DNA of 64,000 bases from Octopus sinensis (lineage: Eukaryota). Where the stretch lies: assembly GCF_006345805.1 (NCBI RefSeq), contig NC_043016.1, positions 18,228,001-18,292,000 of the forward strand, in the 5' to 3' direction. Of the stretch, positions 50,136 through 62,648 are shown piece by piece. The position numbers and the translations under genes were made by a program. Numbering within the stretch: position 1 is the stretch's first letter; the number at the start of each line of letters is the position of its first letter. The notes beneath the pieces were generated by a model that saw only the letters and a program-made list of their open reading frames with translations, was not told where the DNA came from and ran no database searches.

Positions 50136-51360
50136 ATGTAATACTATTTACTGAACCTCAGTTTTTTAATATGCTAGACAACTTGTGTTAAATTGATGTT
50201 ATCAGATTAATATCCAAATTTTCACCCTCATTTTAATTTTATATATATATATATATATATCGTCGTTGTTTTAATGTCTACTTATTATGCTGGTATGAGC
50301 CCAGTAAATTATTATGTGTTAATTATTTATGTGTAAATTATTTAGTGTTGCTGTGCTCTCCTGAATAATTAGACCATATCATACTCATTCATTCCATTTT
50401 GGGAACAGCTGGCAGCTAGATACATGCCTCTGTACGTGGGCTTATATGGCTAAATAATAGTTATATATTTACATATATTTGCATATGCTTGTATGTATGT
50501 GTTTGTGACTGTAAGCTCAATGTGTGTGGTTATGTGTCTGATTCATGTGATTACATATACATGACACACAATCAATCAATCAATACATAGTTATCTTGCA
50601 TAGTTATTGATTTATTGATTATTAATTGTAAGTTTTTTTGGGTTTTTTTTTAACACATTAGGGTCTAATCTGTTAATGTTTCCAACCAGCATTAAGTGCA
50701 CTATATATATATATATATATATATATGCAGGGATCAGTAATAATAGAAATAGGTCTTTAAGAGTACATGCCTTGCTGTCAGCGCTGTACATCAGAACTAT
50801 ATCAGAGAAACTATAGATCTCCAATAAAATTCATACACACTCACATCACATTCACACACACACACACACATTCACACACACACACACACAAAGACAAAAT
50901 AACTGGTTTGAAACAAAAAAAAATAGCTAAGATCATAATTATTCAAACTGATTATTTGTTAGCTACTTGAGTTTTTAAATGCATGAATGAAGTAGGAATA
51001 GACGTGGTTGAGTGACTCTAAGAAGCTCACTTTCCAGTCACATGGTTCTCGGTTCACTCCCATCGTGTGGCGCCTTGTGCTAGTGTCTTCTACTGTGGTT
51101 CCATGCTGACCAAAGCCTTGTAAGGGGATTCGACAGATAGAAACTGAAAGAAGCCCATCATATATGTATATGTGTGTTTGTGTAAATAACTTTCTATTTC
51201 TTTCTTGTGTATACTTTTCTCTCACTGGTTGTAAGCCATGACTTTGCTACCAATAGTTTTTGCTTGCAGTCCACTGTGATAACACTTCTGGGCTTCTTAA
51301 CATGTCTTGACGTTAATACAGTTCTATATTTAAGAGATGAGGATTTATGTACATTATTTA

Positions 51361-51521
51361 CAGGAGTGGCTGTGTGGTAAGTAGCTTGTTTACCAACCAC
51401 ATGGTTCCAGGTTCAGTCCCACTGCGTGGCACCTTGGGCAAGTGTCTTCTACTATAGCCTCGGGCCGACCAAAGCCTTGTGAGTGGATTTGGTAGACGGA
51501 AACTGAAAGAAGCCCGTCGTA

Positions 51522-51563
<42 letters not shown>

Positions 51564-51796
51564 TATATGCGTGTGTGTGTTTGTGTATCTGTGTTTGTTC
51601 CCCTAGCATTGCTTGACAACCGATGCTGGTGTGTATATGTCCCCGTTACTTAGCGGTTCGGCAAAGAGACTGATAGAATAAGTACTGGGCTTACAAAAGA
51701 ATAAGTCTCGGGGTCGAGTTGCTCGATTAAAGGCAGTGCTCCAGCATGGCCACAGTCAAATGACTGAAACAAGTAAAAGAGTAAAGAGTAAAGAGT
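51361..51796 (+). mobile_element. SINE family A, young, inserted in a Penelope-like repeat
   Basis: Near-consensus; TATTTACA duplicated at 51355-51362 and 51796-51803. Confidence 0.92.
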
Positions 51797-52006
51797 ATTT
51801 ACATTTGAAAGATATTTGTCCTCATCTTGTTTGTTGTTAACACATTTCGATTAAATAATAATATCAAAAAATATCTTAGGAATGAGAACCCAGGTTCGAA
51901 ATTTCCCCCAAGACACCTAATGAAGGCTGGAGGGTATAATCAGCTGATACATTGTGTTAACAACAAACAGGATGAGGACTAATATCCGTCAAATGTAAAT
52001 AATGTA
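51797..52006 (+). mobile_element. Penelope-like inverted pseudo-LTR remnant with decayed hammerhead (51913-51957)
   Basis: 51797-51845 is inverted to 51953-52000; ACAC-CTAATGA-A-GGCTG...CAGCT-GATAC-ATT-GTGT. Confidence 0.6.
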
Positions 52007-53526
52007 TTGACGTGTTGTGAGATTATTGTAAACAAAAGGGCTCATTCATAAAGGTGTCATTTGATTCCAGTTTCCCATGTAAGCTTGTCCAGGTTGTTTG
52101 TTGTTTGATAGAATTGAGTTACTATTATCACACCTGGAAACAGGTTGGGGTTGTCTGTGGGAAAGGAATTTGGTTGCAGAAAACTCTACCTTAACATATT
52201 CTTGACTGACATGGTTGTGTGACTAAGAAGTTCTCTTCTCAGTCAGATGATTCTGGGTTCAGTTCCACTGTGTGGCATCTTGGGCAAGCATTTTCTACTG
52301 TAGTTTCAGACTGACCAAAGCCTTGTAAATAGATTTGGTAGACAAAAACTGAAAGAATCATACTGTATATTTATGTGTGTGTGTGTGTTTGTGTGAGTAA
52401 TTTACAAGTATGAAAAAGATGTTGAAGCCACGCTACTTCTCATGATGAACAAACTGTACATCATGTATTGAGTACTACTTTCTTTAATAATCTGTAGCAT
52501 TTACATAATGCTGCAAAGCATTTTGCCTAGCATGCTAACGGTTCTGCCAGTCAACCCACCTTATTCATAAAAATACACGCACGCACGCGTAGAAAACAAG
52601 CAGTATTTGCTTGTTTTCTCAACAAGGAATATCACTTGTGGCTGGGCGATGCCAACACAGCACCCACCTTGTGGCGTGGGTGATGGCGGAGGATGGTGTC
52701 ATAAGTGATGTTGGGGAGGAATATGGATAAGAGGTTGAAAAGCCTCAGTGTTATTGAAAGTTCCTAGTTTGGAAAAAAAAAAAAAGATAAGAGGTTTAGT
52801 GCCTCATTTTATTATTATGAACAATGTAAGAGGTTTGTTGCCTCATGAATAATATAAGAGATCAATGTTCTCGGGGAAAAAAATGATTGGTGGGCGTCGC
52901 TTTTTCCCCCATTAATCATCATTTTCATTTTTCATTTCATATAACATTAGGTCGGTGTCCAGCCTGAAGCTTCCTCTCTCTATGTAAGGCCTTTATGGCC
53001 AATATAATGAAATAAGCAGTATCTGCAATCACATAAAGGAACCCAGTTCTGCGACAGTTGCAGCTCTTGTTGTTTAATCCAAGATCAAGTCTAACTTAGC
53101 TGGTCTACAATAAGGTGTCTAGCTGTGAGCTTCCTGTTTTTTTTTTTGTATATAAGAATTTACGTCATGTAATGTATCCTTCCTCTTTCAAGAAAGGGTG
53201 GAGAATAGAGACCAAAAGCAACAGCTGACTGCAAAAGCACCTTGAGTGGTACCCAAATGACTGGATGCAGCAATTAAGGGAACATGATGATGTAAACAGT
53301 TGGGTTATAATTTGAATAGTAGAGTAAGAGTTTGACTCTTATTTATATTAGAAGTAAACTGATAGCGGTTTCTTTATTTGTTTAGTGACTATTGTTGTTG
53401 TTGTTGTTATTCTAATCATTAAGTTCCAGTAATATGGTCAATGGAACTTCAGCTATGATTATTCTGTCTTTTATTTGGTATATCTAGAAATACAGTATAC
53501 AAAACAGGGTATAACTCCAGGGCTGA

Positions 53527-53848
53527 AGGCACGTGGCTTAATGGTTAGGGCCATTCGGCTCATGATCGTAAGGTCGTGAGTTCAATTCCTGGCGACGCGT
53601 TGTATCCTTGAGCAAGACGCTTTATTTCACATTGCTCCAGTCCACTTATCTGGCAAAAATGAGTAGTGCCTGTATTACAAAGGGCCAGCTGTGTCACACT
53701 CTGTGTCACGCTGAATCTCCCTGAGAACTACATTAGGGGTACACGTGTCTGTGGAGTACTCAGCCACTTGCACGTTAATTTCACGAGCAAGCTGTCCCGT
53801 TGATTGTATCAGCTGGGACCCTCGTTGTCGCAACCGACGGAGTGCTCC
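53527..53848 (+). mobile_element. tRNA-derived SINE family D, full length
   Basis: A-box TGGCTTAATGG, B-box GAGTTCAATTCC, CCTTGAGCAAGAC core, unique tail. Confidence 0.85.
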
Positions 53849-55180
53849 TATAACTCTAGGGAATCTAGGTATTTGGTGTCACCACCCAATGACATGTGGA
53901 TTCCACCTGATCAGCTTCTTCATAACTTCTGTCTCCTTAATTTCATTCACAAGGCTTGGGTTTCGGTTTGAGGTTATGGTAGAAGATACCTGCACAAGTC
54001 AAGTACAGTACAGTGCAGTGCTGTGCTGTGCAGTGCTGTGCTGTGCACTGGGATCAGCTCCTCTATCCTCTATGACAGGATTGTGAAGTAGCTTCTAAAC
54101 CACATGTCCTGCCAGTATTAAAAGAAAAAAAATCTCTACATTTTATTAATTAAAAAAAAAAATTCTGCATTTTAAAAATTCTTACTGCATTTAAAAGCTG
54201 CAGTTATAGACAGGATTGATAGATGCTGCTGTCAGGAATATTGTAACAGTAAAACCAAAGACCAAGTTTCAGTAACACAGGAATGGTGTGGGTGTGTCTA
54301 TGAAGCTTGCCTCCCAACCATATATATGGTCTTGGGTTCAGTCCCATTTTGTAGCACCTTGTGCAATTGGGTGTATTTGTGTGTGTGTAATTGTACATAC
54401 ATATAATGTGAAGGTGCATGGCTCAGTGGTTAGAATAAATCTGCTTCTTCCTACCAGTTCTTATCTTGAAGTCAATCAGTTTCTCTGTGGCTGAGAATAA
54501 TTTCATTGTCTTGCAATTATTACTTGTCCATTTGAAAAGCTGTCTTTTCACTTCCTTACATCTGTGTTCTCATTTCTTTTCCCTCTGTTTATAATATATA
54601 ATATGTGACAGAAGCAAAAGAGAGAGGGAGACAAAGTTTGTGTTAATGTGTTTGTACATAGATATAGAAACATTTTATTTAGACACACACACACTCATAC
54701 ACATTTATTTAGAGTTCTCTCTTACTTTCCATTGAAATCTACCTTCACTATTTCATTTCCAAACCTCCCTCTCAACAACATGTACTTATTTGATGCACAC
54801 ACCCCTCTCTCTCTCCTTCAATGCAACCATAGTCTATTCTTTTCCACACTCTTAAAGCGTTACAGAAAGTGGGTAACCAACAAACATAAATACAACACAC
54901 TTCGTACCTGTCTATAATATCAATAATACTAATCATTATTTCGATAATGGGAATTTTCTAAAATAGGTAAACACCACAAATTTTGAAAGAAAAAGGTGTA
55001 GTCAAATATATCTACCCCAATCTTTGTCTTATTTCCGTAACCAGAGTAATAAACTTTATTTTTATCTTTTATTGAACTCAGAAAGTTAAGCAAAGTTCAC
55101 CTGCCAGGATTTGAACTTGGAATGTTAAACATAAGCAACTACATACTGCAAGGTATTTTTGCACCACTTGAAAAAGTATT

Positions 55181-56148
55181 GGTGCTACCATGTAAAAAGC
55201 ACTGGTGCTGGTGCCACGTAAAAAGCACTGGTGCTGGTGCCATGTAAAAAGCACTGGTCCTGGTGCCACATAAAAAGCACTGGTGCTGGTGCCATGTAAA
55301 AAGCACTGGTGCTGGTGCCATGTAAAAAGCACTGGTACTGGTGCCTTGTAAAAAGCATTGGTACTGGTGCCATGTAAAAAGCACTGGTGCTGGTGCCATG
55401 TAAAAAGCACTGGTACTGGTGCCTTGTAAAAAGCATTGGTACTGGTGCCATGTAAAAAGCACTGGTGCTGGTGCCATGTAAAAAGCACTGGTACTGGTGC
55501 CTTGTAAAAAGCATTGGTACTGGTGCCATGTAAAAAGCACTGGTGCTGGTGCCATGTAAAAAGCACTGGTGCTGGTGCCACATTAAAAAGCACTGGTGCT
55601 GGTGCCATGTAAAAAGCACTGGTGCTGGTGCCATGTAAAAAGCACTGGTCCTGGTGCCATGTAAAAAGCACTGATGCTGGTGCCACATAAAAAGCACTGG
55701 TGCTGGTGCCATGTAAAAAGCACTGGTACTGGTGCCTTGTAAAAAGCATTGGTACTGGTGCCATGTAAAAAGCACTGGTGCTGGTGCCATGTAAAAAGCA
55801 CTGGTGCTGGTGCCATGTAAAAAGCACTGGTACTGGTGCCTTGTAAAAAGCATTGGTACTGGTGCCATGTAAAAAGCACTGGTGCTGGTGCCATGTAAAA
55901 AGCACTGGTGCTGGTGCCATGTAAAAAGCACTGGTCCTGGTGCCATGTAAAAAGCACTGATGCTGGTGCCACATAAAAAGCACTGGTGCTGGTGCCATGT
56001 AAAAAGCACTGGTACTGGTGCCTTGTAAAAAGCATTGGTACTGGTGCCATGTAAAAAACACTGGTGATGGTGCCACATTAAAAAGCATTGTTGATGGTAC
56101 CATGTAAAAGCACTGGTGATGGTACCATGGTGTCATGTAAAAATCACC
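55181..56148 (+). repeat. 26-bp minisatellite (TGGTGCCATGTAAAAAGCACTGGTGC, ~37 units) fused to a family C SINE tail
   Basis: Directly visible; continues into the family C 3' end at 56148-56310. Confidence 0.95.
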
Positions 56149-56469
56149 CAGTACATACCGTAAAGTGGGTGGCATTAGGTAGGGCTTCCAGCTTTAGAAA
56201 CCAAACTAAAACTGGTGACGGGATTTGGTGCAGCCCTTGGCCTTGCCAGCTCCTTTCAAGCCATCAAACCCATGCCAACATTGTAAACTGACATTAAATA
56301 ATGATGATGGTGATGAGGATGTTACATAGATTCAGCCAAATTCAAATGTTAATAATGATGTAGATTGGGGAAAAAACAAAAACAAGAAAAAAACAAAGCA
56401 AAAAACAAACAAAGAGGAAAAAGGTAAACATCTACCGGCGTATATAAATTGTGACACTCGGGCACTGAT

Positions 56470-56795
56470 TTAGGCCGTTGCCAGTGCCTAGGGCCGTTGC
56501 CAGCGCCTAGGGCTGTTGCCAGCGCCCTTCCGTGCTGGCTTCCGTGCCGGTGGCACGTTAAAAGCTCCAACCGATCATGGCCGATGCCGGACTCCCCCCC
56601 CCGGCACCTGTGCAGGTGGCACGTAAAAAGCACCCACTACACTTGCGGAGTGGTTGGCGTTAGGAAGGGCATCCAGCTGTAGAAATTCTGCCAGATCAGA
56701 CTGGAGCCTGGTGCAGCCCCTGGCTTCCCAGACCCCGGTCGAACCGTCCAACCCGTGCTAGCGCGGAAAACGGACGTTAAACGAGGATGATGATG
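56470..56795 (+). mobile_element. SINE/retroposon family C, young
   Basis: Internal units, body, (GAT)n tail. Confidence 0.88.
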
Positions 56796-56989
56796 TGTAT
56801 ATATATATGTTCAATATACATCAATTGATTATTTTTTTCCCCATTCAGCCTGTTTTGTATCTAATTAGTCATAGTATTTGTAAGTTCACTGCTTCTATAT
56901 AAATGCTGTTTATCTAGTATCCTCCACATTGCATTCACAGATGCCGGATGCTATTCTTCCCCGTAATCCATCTTAATTATTTGCCATTT

Positions 56990-57003
56990 GTCTCCATGGA
57001 AAC
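56990..57003. promoter_or_regulatory. Candidate RFX X-box GTCTCCATGGAAAC
   Basis: Exact match to RTHNYYWTRRNRAC in non-repeat sequence; motif match only. Confidence 0.3.
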
Positions 57004-57758
57004 TGTGCGATCAATAAAAAAAAAAAAAAAAAAACCCAGAAAACTAAGGAAAAGAAAGTTCTGTAGTTTGTGTAGCGATTCGCAGTCATTGTAAGCATGC
57101 ACACACGTGTGTACACACGCGTGTACACACTCTGAGAGGTTTTGATTTTTTTTCTTGAGCAAACAGATTTTTTTTTTAGATTTCGGTGAAGCAGGTTTTA
57201 ATTACAGAAATGGAATGCCCAGGAAAAATAAATGAACTGGAAGTTGTAATAGTTTTGGTTGTTGTTGTTGTCGTTGCTGTAGCTGCTCTTGTAGCCTTGG
57301 TAAATTCTGTTTGCACTGATCTTTGCTTACAGAATTAGTCAATCAAGTGCTTAGTAGCAGCCTATGAGTACAGCAGACTGGATATGCAGATATACAATTT
57401 TAGTAGACCAGGACCATGTCGTACACACGTACACATAAAGAAAAAAAAAAAGAAACTGTATGATATGCACACACGCACACACACACACATGCACACACAC
57501 ACACATGCACACACACACACATGCACACACACACACATGCACACACACACACGCACATACACACACACACACTTGTATATATTTTCCTCTATGTATGTAT
57601 ATGTGTATATATTTACTGATATGTATGTATATGTGTGTATATATGCCTTGTTAGTGGACTTGGTAGATGGAAACTGAAAAAGAAAACTTGTGTGTATGTC
57701 AGTACCACTTTAATATACAGTCTACCTGGTCATTTACCTGGCCATTTAGAGTGCAATA

Positions 57759-57861
57759 TAACCCTAATCCTAAGCCTAACACTAACCCTAAATCTTAATC
57801 CTTCTAAAACCTAACACTAGCCTTACAATCTGACTCTAAACCCTCACCCTATTCTTAATCC
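57759..57861 (+). repeat. Degenerate (CCCTAA)n telomere-like tract
   Basis: TAACCCTAATCCTAAGCCTAACACTAACCCTAAA...; ~6-bp periodicity over ~100 bp. Confidence 0.65.
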
Positions 57862-58456
57862 AGATCTGGTCATTTCACAGCATTGATACTGTGGTAGACC
57901 ACACACTAAAGTTGCACTCTTTTGTCTTTGACGGGCATACTTTGGTATTTCTCATCTCTTAGGTTTAGCATTCTATGTTCCTCTAGTATGGCATGAAAAG
58001 TTATGATAAACAGGAGGGATATGAAAATGGAGTCCTTGATGGTACACACATCATCATCGTTTTAATGTCCACTTTTCCATGCTTGTATGAATCAGATGGT
58101 GTTTATAGAGACAGGTATTTTTGACAGGATGCCAACTCTCACATACTTCCAAGCAAAGGTAATATTTCCCCATGGCTGGGCATTTTTTGCAGAATATTGG
58201 AAACAAATGACACTGCTTCTATAGCAGTGACAGACATTTACAACTATTATGTGATGTCAACACAAGGCAACAGAAACACCTACACTCACATACATATATA
58301 CATACACTCAATGGCTTTTTACCAGTTTCCATTCACCAAATCTATTGACTAGGCTTTGATCAGCTCAAGGCTATAGTAGAAGACACTTGCCCAAGGTGCC
58401 ACTCAGTGGGACTGAACATGAAACCATGTTGTTGGGAAGCAATATCTTACCACCCA

Positions 58457-58863
58457 GGCGGTAAGCTGGCAGAATCATTAGCACACCGGGTGAAATGCTT
58501 GGTAATATTTCGTCTGCTGTTACATTCTGAGTTCAAATTCTGCCGAGGTTGACTTTGCCTTTCATCCTTTCGGGGTCGATTAAATAAGTACCAGTTACGC
58601 ACTGGCGTCGATATAATCAACTTAATCTGTTTGTCCTTGTTTGTCCTCTCTGTGTTTAGCCCCTTGTGGGTAGTAAAGAAATAGGTATTTTGTCTGCCAT
58701 TACATTCTGGGTTCAAATTCTGCTGAGGTCAACTTTTCCTTTCATCCTTCTGGGGTTGATTAAATAAGTACCAGTTATGCACTGGGATCAATGTAATCAA
58801 CTTAATCCCTTTGTCCTTGTTTGTCCCCTCTGTCTTTAGTCCACTGTGGGCAATAAATAAATA
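58457..58863 (+). mobile_element. SINE family B dimer with a 19-bp TSD, inserted in a family A copy
   Basis: AATATCTTACCACCCAGGC at 58441-58459 and 58864-58882. Confidence 0.88.
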
Positions 58864-59014
58864 AATATCTTACCACCCAGGCATGTCTATCTAACCACAT
58901 GCATGCAAAATCTGTTGCTGAATCTATGTATTTGTGTGAGAGAATTGATGAGTAATTTTTTTATATACAAGCAATTAAGTATTAGACCCAGATGGAAATT
59001 GAAAGAAGCCCGTC

Positions 59015-59046
<32 letters not shown>

Positions 59047-59047
<1 letters not shown>

Positions 59048-59266
59048 CTCTTTACTCTTGTACTTGTTTCAGTCATTTGACTGCGGCCATGCTGGAGCAC
59101 CGCCTTTAGTCGAAGAAATCAACCCCAGGACTTATTCTTTGTAAGCCTAGTACTTATTATATCGGTCTCTTTTGCCGTACTGCCAAGTTACAGGGACGTA
59201 AACACACCACCATCGGTTGTCAAATGATGCTGGGGGACGAACACGGACACAGAAACACACACACAG

Positions 59267-59318
<52 letters not shown>

Positions 59319-59489
59319 CATATATACAACGGGCTTCTTTCTGTTTCCGTCTACCATATGCACTCACAAGGCTTTGGTTGGCCTGAGGCTATAGTAGAAG
59401 ATACTTGCCCAAGGTGCCATGCAGTGATACTGAACATGGAACCATGTGGTTGGTAATCAGGCTACTTACCACACAGCCACTCCTGCGCC
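59047..59489 (-). mobile_element. SINE family A, full length
   Basis: Homology. Confidence 0.9.
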
Positions 59490-60091
59490 TATATATATAT
59501 ATACATATATATATAATGTTTGTGTTTGATCCCCACCATCGGTTGCTGGTGTGTCCTCGTAATTTAGCAGTTCAATAAAAGACTCCAATTGAATAAATAC
59601 CAGGCTTACAAAGAATAAGTTCTGGGGTCGATTTGCTTGACTAAAAGACAGTGCTCCAACTTGGGTGCAGTCAAATGACTGAAACAAGTAAAAGAGTTAA
59701 AAAAAAAAAAGTATCATATCAATGGTGACAGGTTTCCAACCAATCAATGACTATGCTCTGCATTTTGAGAAATTTTTTCATTTCTTACCGACATTTATGT
59801 CCTTTGCTGATAGAAATCAGTAAAAGATAAACAGTGTAGATATATAAATTGATGGGATACTCACTTTTGGAATGTATTTGATTACAGGTATGTTTTTTTT
59901 TGTCAGGGTTACCTGGGACTAAACAACTTTTGTAATTTGGCACAACGCCACCAATTTTGAGGGGAAGGGGAAATCAATTACATTTATTGACCCTGAAAGA
60001 TGAAAGTTAAAGTTGACCTCAGTGACATTTGAGCCCTGTATGTAAAGATTGAGAAGAAATATTGCCATGAATTTTGCCTTGTAATGATTCT

Positions 60092-60322
60092 TATTTCTTT
60101 ATTGCCCACAAGGGGCTAAACACAGAGGGGACAAACAATGACAGACAAAGGGATCAAGTCGATTATATCGACCCCAGTGTGTAACTGGTACTTATTTAAT
60201 CAACCTCAAAAAGATAAAAGGCAAAGTCGACCTCGGCGGAATTTGAACTCAGAATGCAGTGGCAGACGAAACACTGCTAAGCATTTCGCCCGGCGTGCTC
60301 ATGTTTCTGCCAGCTTGCCGCC
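60092..60322 (-). mobile_element. SINE family B
   Basis: Full-length; TSD CCTTGTAAYGATTC. Confidence 0.88.
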
Positions 60323-60494
60323 TTGTAACGATTCAAGTAACAACAACAACAACAGGTGGATTAGATGCTGATTTGTCTGTGGTTTAATTTGGTAGTATCA
60401 TATTATAGTTCAAGTCCTGTTAATTGACTTATTCTTTTTTTAACCTCTTAGCAACATGGCTTGCAAGGTTAACTGCTTTTCATTTAAGCACGCA

Positions 60495-60558
60495 GATAGA
60501 TAGATAGATAGATACATACATACATACATACATACATACATACATACATACATACACA

Positions 60559-60602
<44 letters not shown>

Positions 60603-60939
60603 ACACATGCTCACACATATGCATGGGCACACATATACACACACATGCTCACGCACAAGAACACACACACACACATGCTCACGCACAAGCACACACACAC
60701 ACACATGTGCACAGGCACATACACACACACAGACATGCTCATGCTAGCACACACATAAACACACACATATGCACAGGCACACACACATAGACACATGCTC
60801 ACGCACAAGCAGACACACACATGTGCACAGGCACACACACAAAAACACACATATGCTCACACACATGCACAGGCACATACACACACACAAACGCACACAC
60901 ATCCTCACACACATGCACACACACGCACACACACACACG

Positions 60940-60980
<41 letters not shown>
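60495..60980 (+). repeat. Compound GATA/CATA/CA microsatellite
   Basis: Directly visible. Confidence 0.95.
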
Positions 60981-60984
<4 letters not shown>

Positions 60985-61879
60985 GCATACTTTTGTTACT
61001 ATATGTGTTTGTTGCTATGACACCAGACTATGTGTGTGTGTGTTCTGTTTTTCTTTTATTATGATAATTTGCTATGTTATCAGGTCACCTGCGATTGTGG
61101 GGGAGGGGTTGATATTGTGTAGCCACAGTCAGCTTTATTCAAGCATGGAATAACATAGGGTGGTGGGATGCCATAAATCATCAAATTATTTAACTTTTCT
61201 CATTAGTTTACTGTTAATTTTTCAGTTCCACCACCTCCCCATACCCTCTGCTTTCACAGAGCCAATGAAAAATGACATTGGACTGTTAGAATTACCTTCA
61301 AAATCTTTTTGACGGATGGTCGCAGCTGGAATGTCTTTGATCATAAGTATGCTCAGTATGAGCAGATCTGGTGTGTAAAAAACAATAATGGCCTGGGAAC
61401 AATGCAGGATCCTCTATATGGTCACTTGTGCTGCTAAAAATAGCACCCATGTGTCAGTTCAAATGCTAACATATCAGAAAAAGGACACATTGGCTAATGT
61501 AGATACATAAAATAGTGGGATGATCACAACATCATCTGTTTAATCTGCTGGGATTAATTAAATTTTCACTGAAGTACTGTGGTTGATTTTTTTTTTCTCT
61601 CTGTCTCTGTCTCTCTCTCCTTGCTCTCACTCCCTCTTATATACACCTACTTCTCTAATTACCTACATATTTAAAGTGGGTATTGAAGTTTGGCACAATC
61701 CTTTAACACATTACATCCTGTCAAAATATTCAACCCATACCAACATGGAACATAGATGTTAATGATGATGATGATAGTGAAAATGGATTTCTTGATAAAA
61801 CTCTGTTTTTGTACATTGTCAGTAAAATATAGTACTAACCAATTTCATAGGTCATCATAATTATTTCCGTCCCTCAAAT

Positions 61880-62430
61880 TTTATTCTATCAATGCGTACC
61901 TTTCCTTCATTGGACACTAAACTCTGCTTGCGAAGACCTGTTGAGGCAGGTGAAATAGAAATCAAATTCGGTGACTGGCATCTGTGCTAGTGGAGCACTA
62001 AGAGCACCATCCGAGCATGATCATTGCCAGAGCAGCAAACGGGCTTCCGTGCCGGTGGCACGTAAAAAGCACCATTCGAGCGTGATCGTTACCAGCGTCA
62101 CCATACTGGCACTTATGCTGGTGGCACGTGAAAAAGCATTCGAGCGAGGTCATTGCCAATGTAACTGGACTGGCTCCTGTGCAGGTGGCACATAAAAGAC
62201 ACCATTTGAGCGTGGCCATTGCCAGTACTGCCTGACTGGCCCTTGTGCCTGTGGCACGTAAAAGCACCCACTACACTCTCGGAGTGGCTGGCATTAGGAA
62301 GGGCATCTGGCTATAGAAACTCTGCCAGATCAAGATTGGAGCCTGGTGCAGCCATCTGGTTCACCAGTCCTCAGTCAAATCATCCAACTCATGCTAGCAT
62401 GCAAAGCGGACATTAAACAATGATGATGAT
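61880..62430 (+). mobile_element. Longest family C copy, with ~5 diverged ~62-bp internal units
   Basis: Repeated GTGCCGGTGGCACGTAAAAAGCACC...CCAG..CTGG units, then the common 3' end. Confidence 0.8.
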
Positions 62431-62648
62431 GTGTCTTGTTAAAAACAATTTATTAAAAAGCCTGATAGGTAAAATTGTTAGAGTATTGGACAAAATTCCT
62501 TGAGGTATTTGTTCTAGTTCTTTACATTCCAAGTCCAAATCTTGGCATTCATTCTTTTGCATTGATAAAATAAATACTAGTCCTGTTATGATGTTGATTT
62601 AACTCCTTAACCGTCATTGTTCTATGATACAAGCTTCTTGCTTTAGAG

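Noticed and set aside
55078-56175. 365-aa, 297-aa and related minus-strand ORFs; superficial CRISPR-like regularity
   Set aside because: They are translations of a 26-bp tandem unit that lacks stops on the minus strand, with the same 26-aa cycle in every frame. There are no unique spacers and no cas genes, and the context is eukaryotic.
57180-57299. Possible 120-nt exon encoding a hydrophobic stretch (VVIVLVVVVVVAVAALVAL)
   Set aside because: The hydrophobicity derives from a (GTT)n/(GCT)n microsatellite; its phase does not fit the 7328 donor; no homology recognised.
61260-61312. Acceptor-like site followed by PMKNDIGLLELP, resembling the trypsin NDIALL motif
   Set aside because: A stop follows within five codons, there is no donor, and the sequence aligns to dispersed repeat family F.
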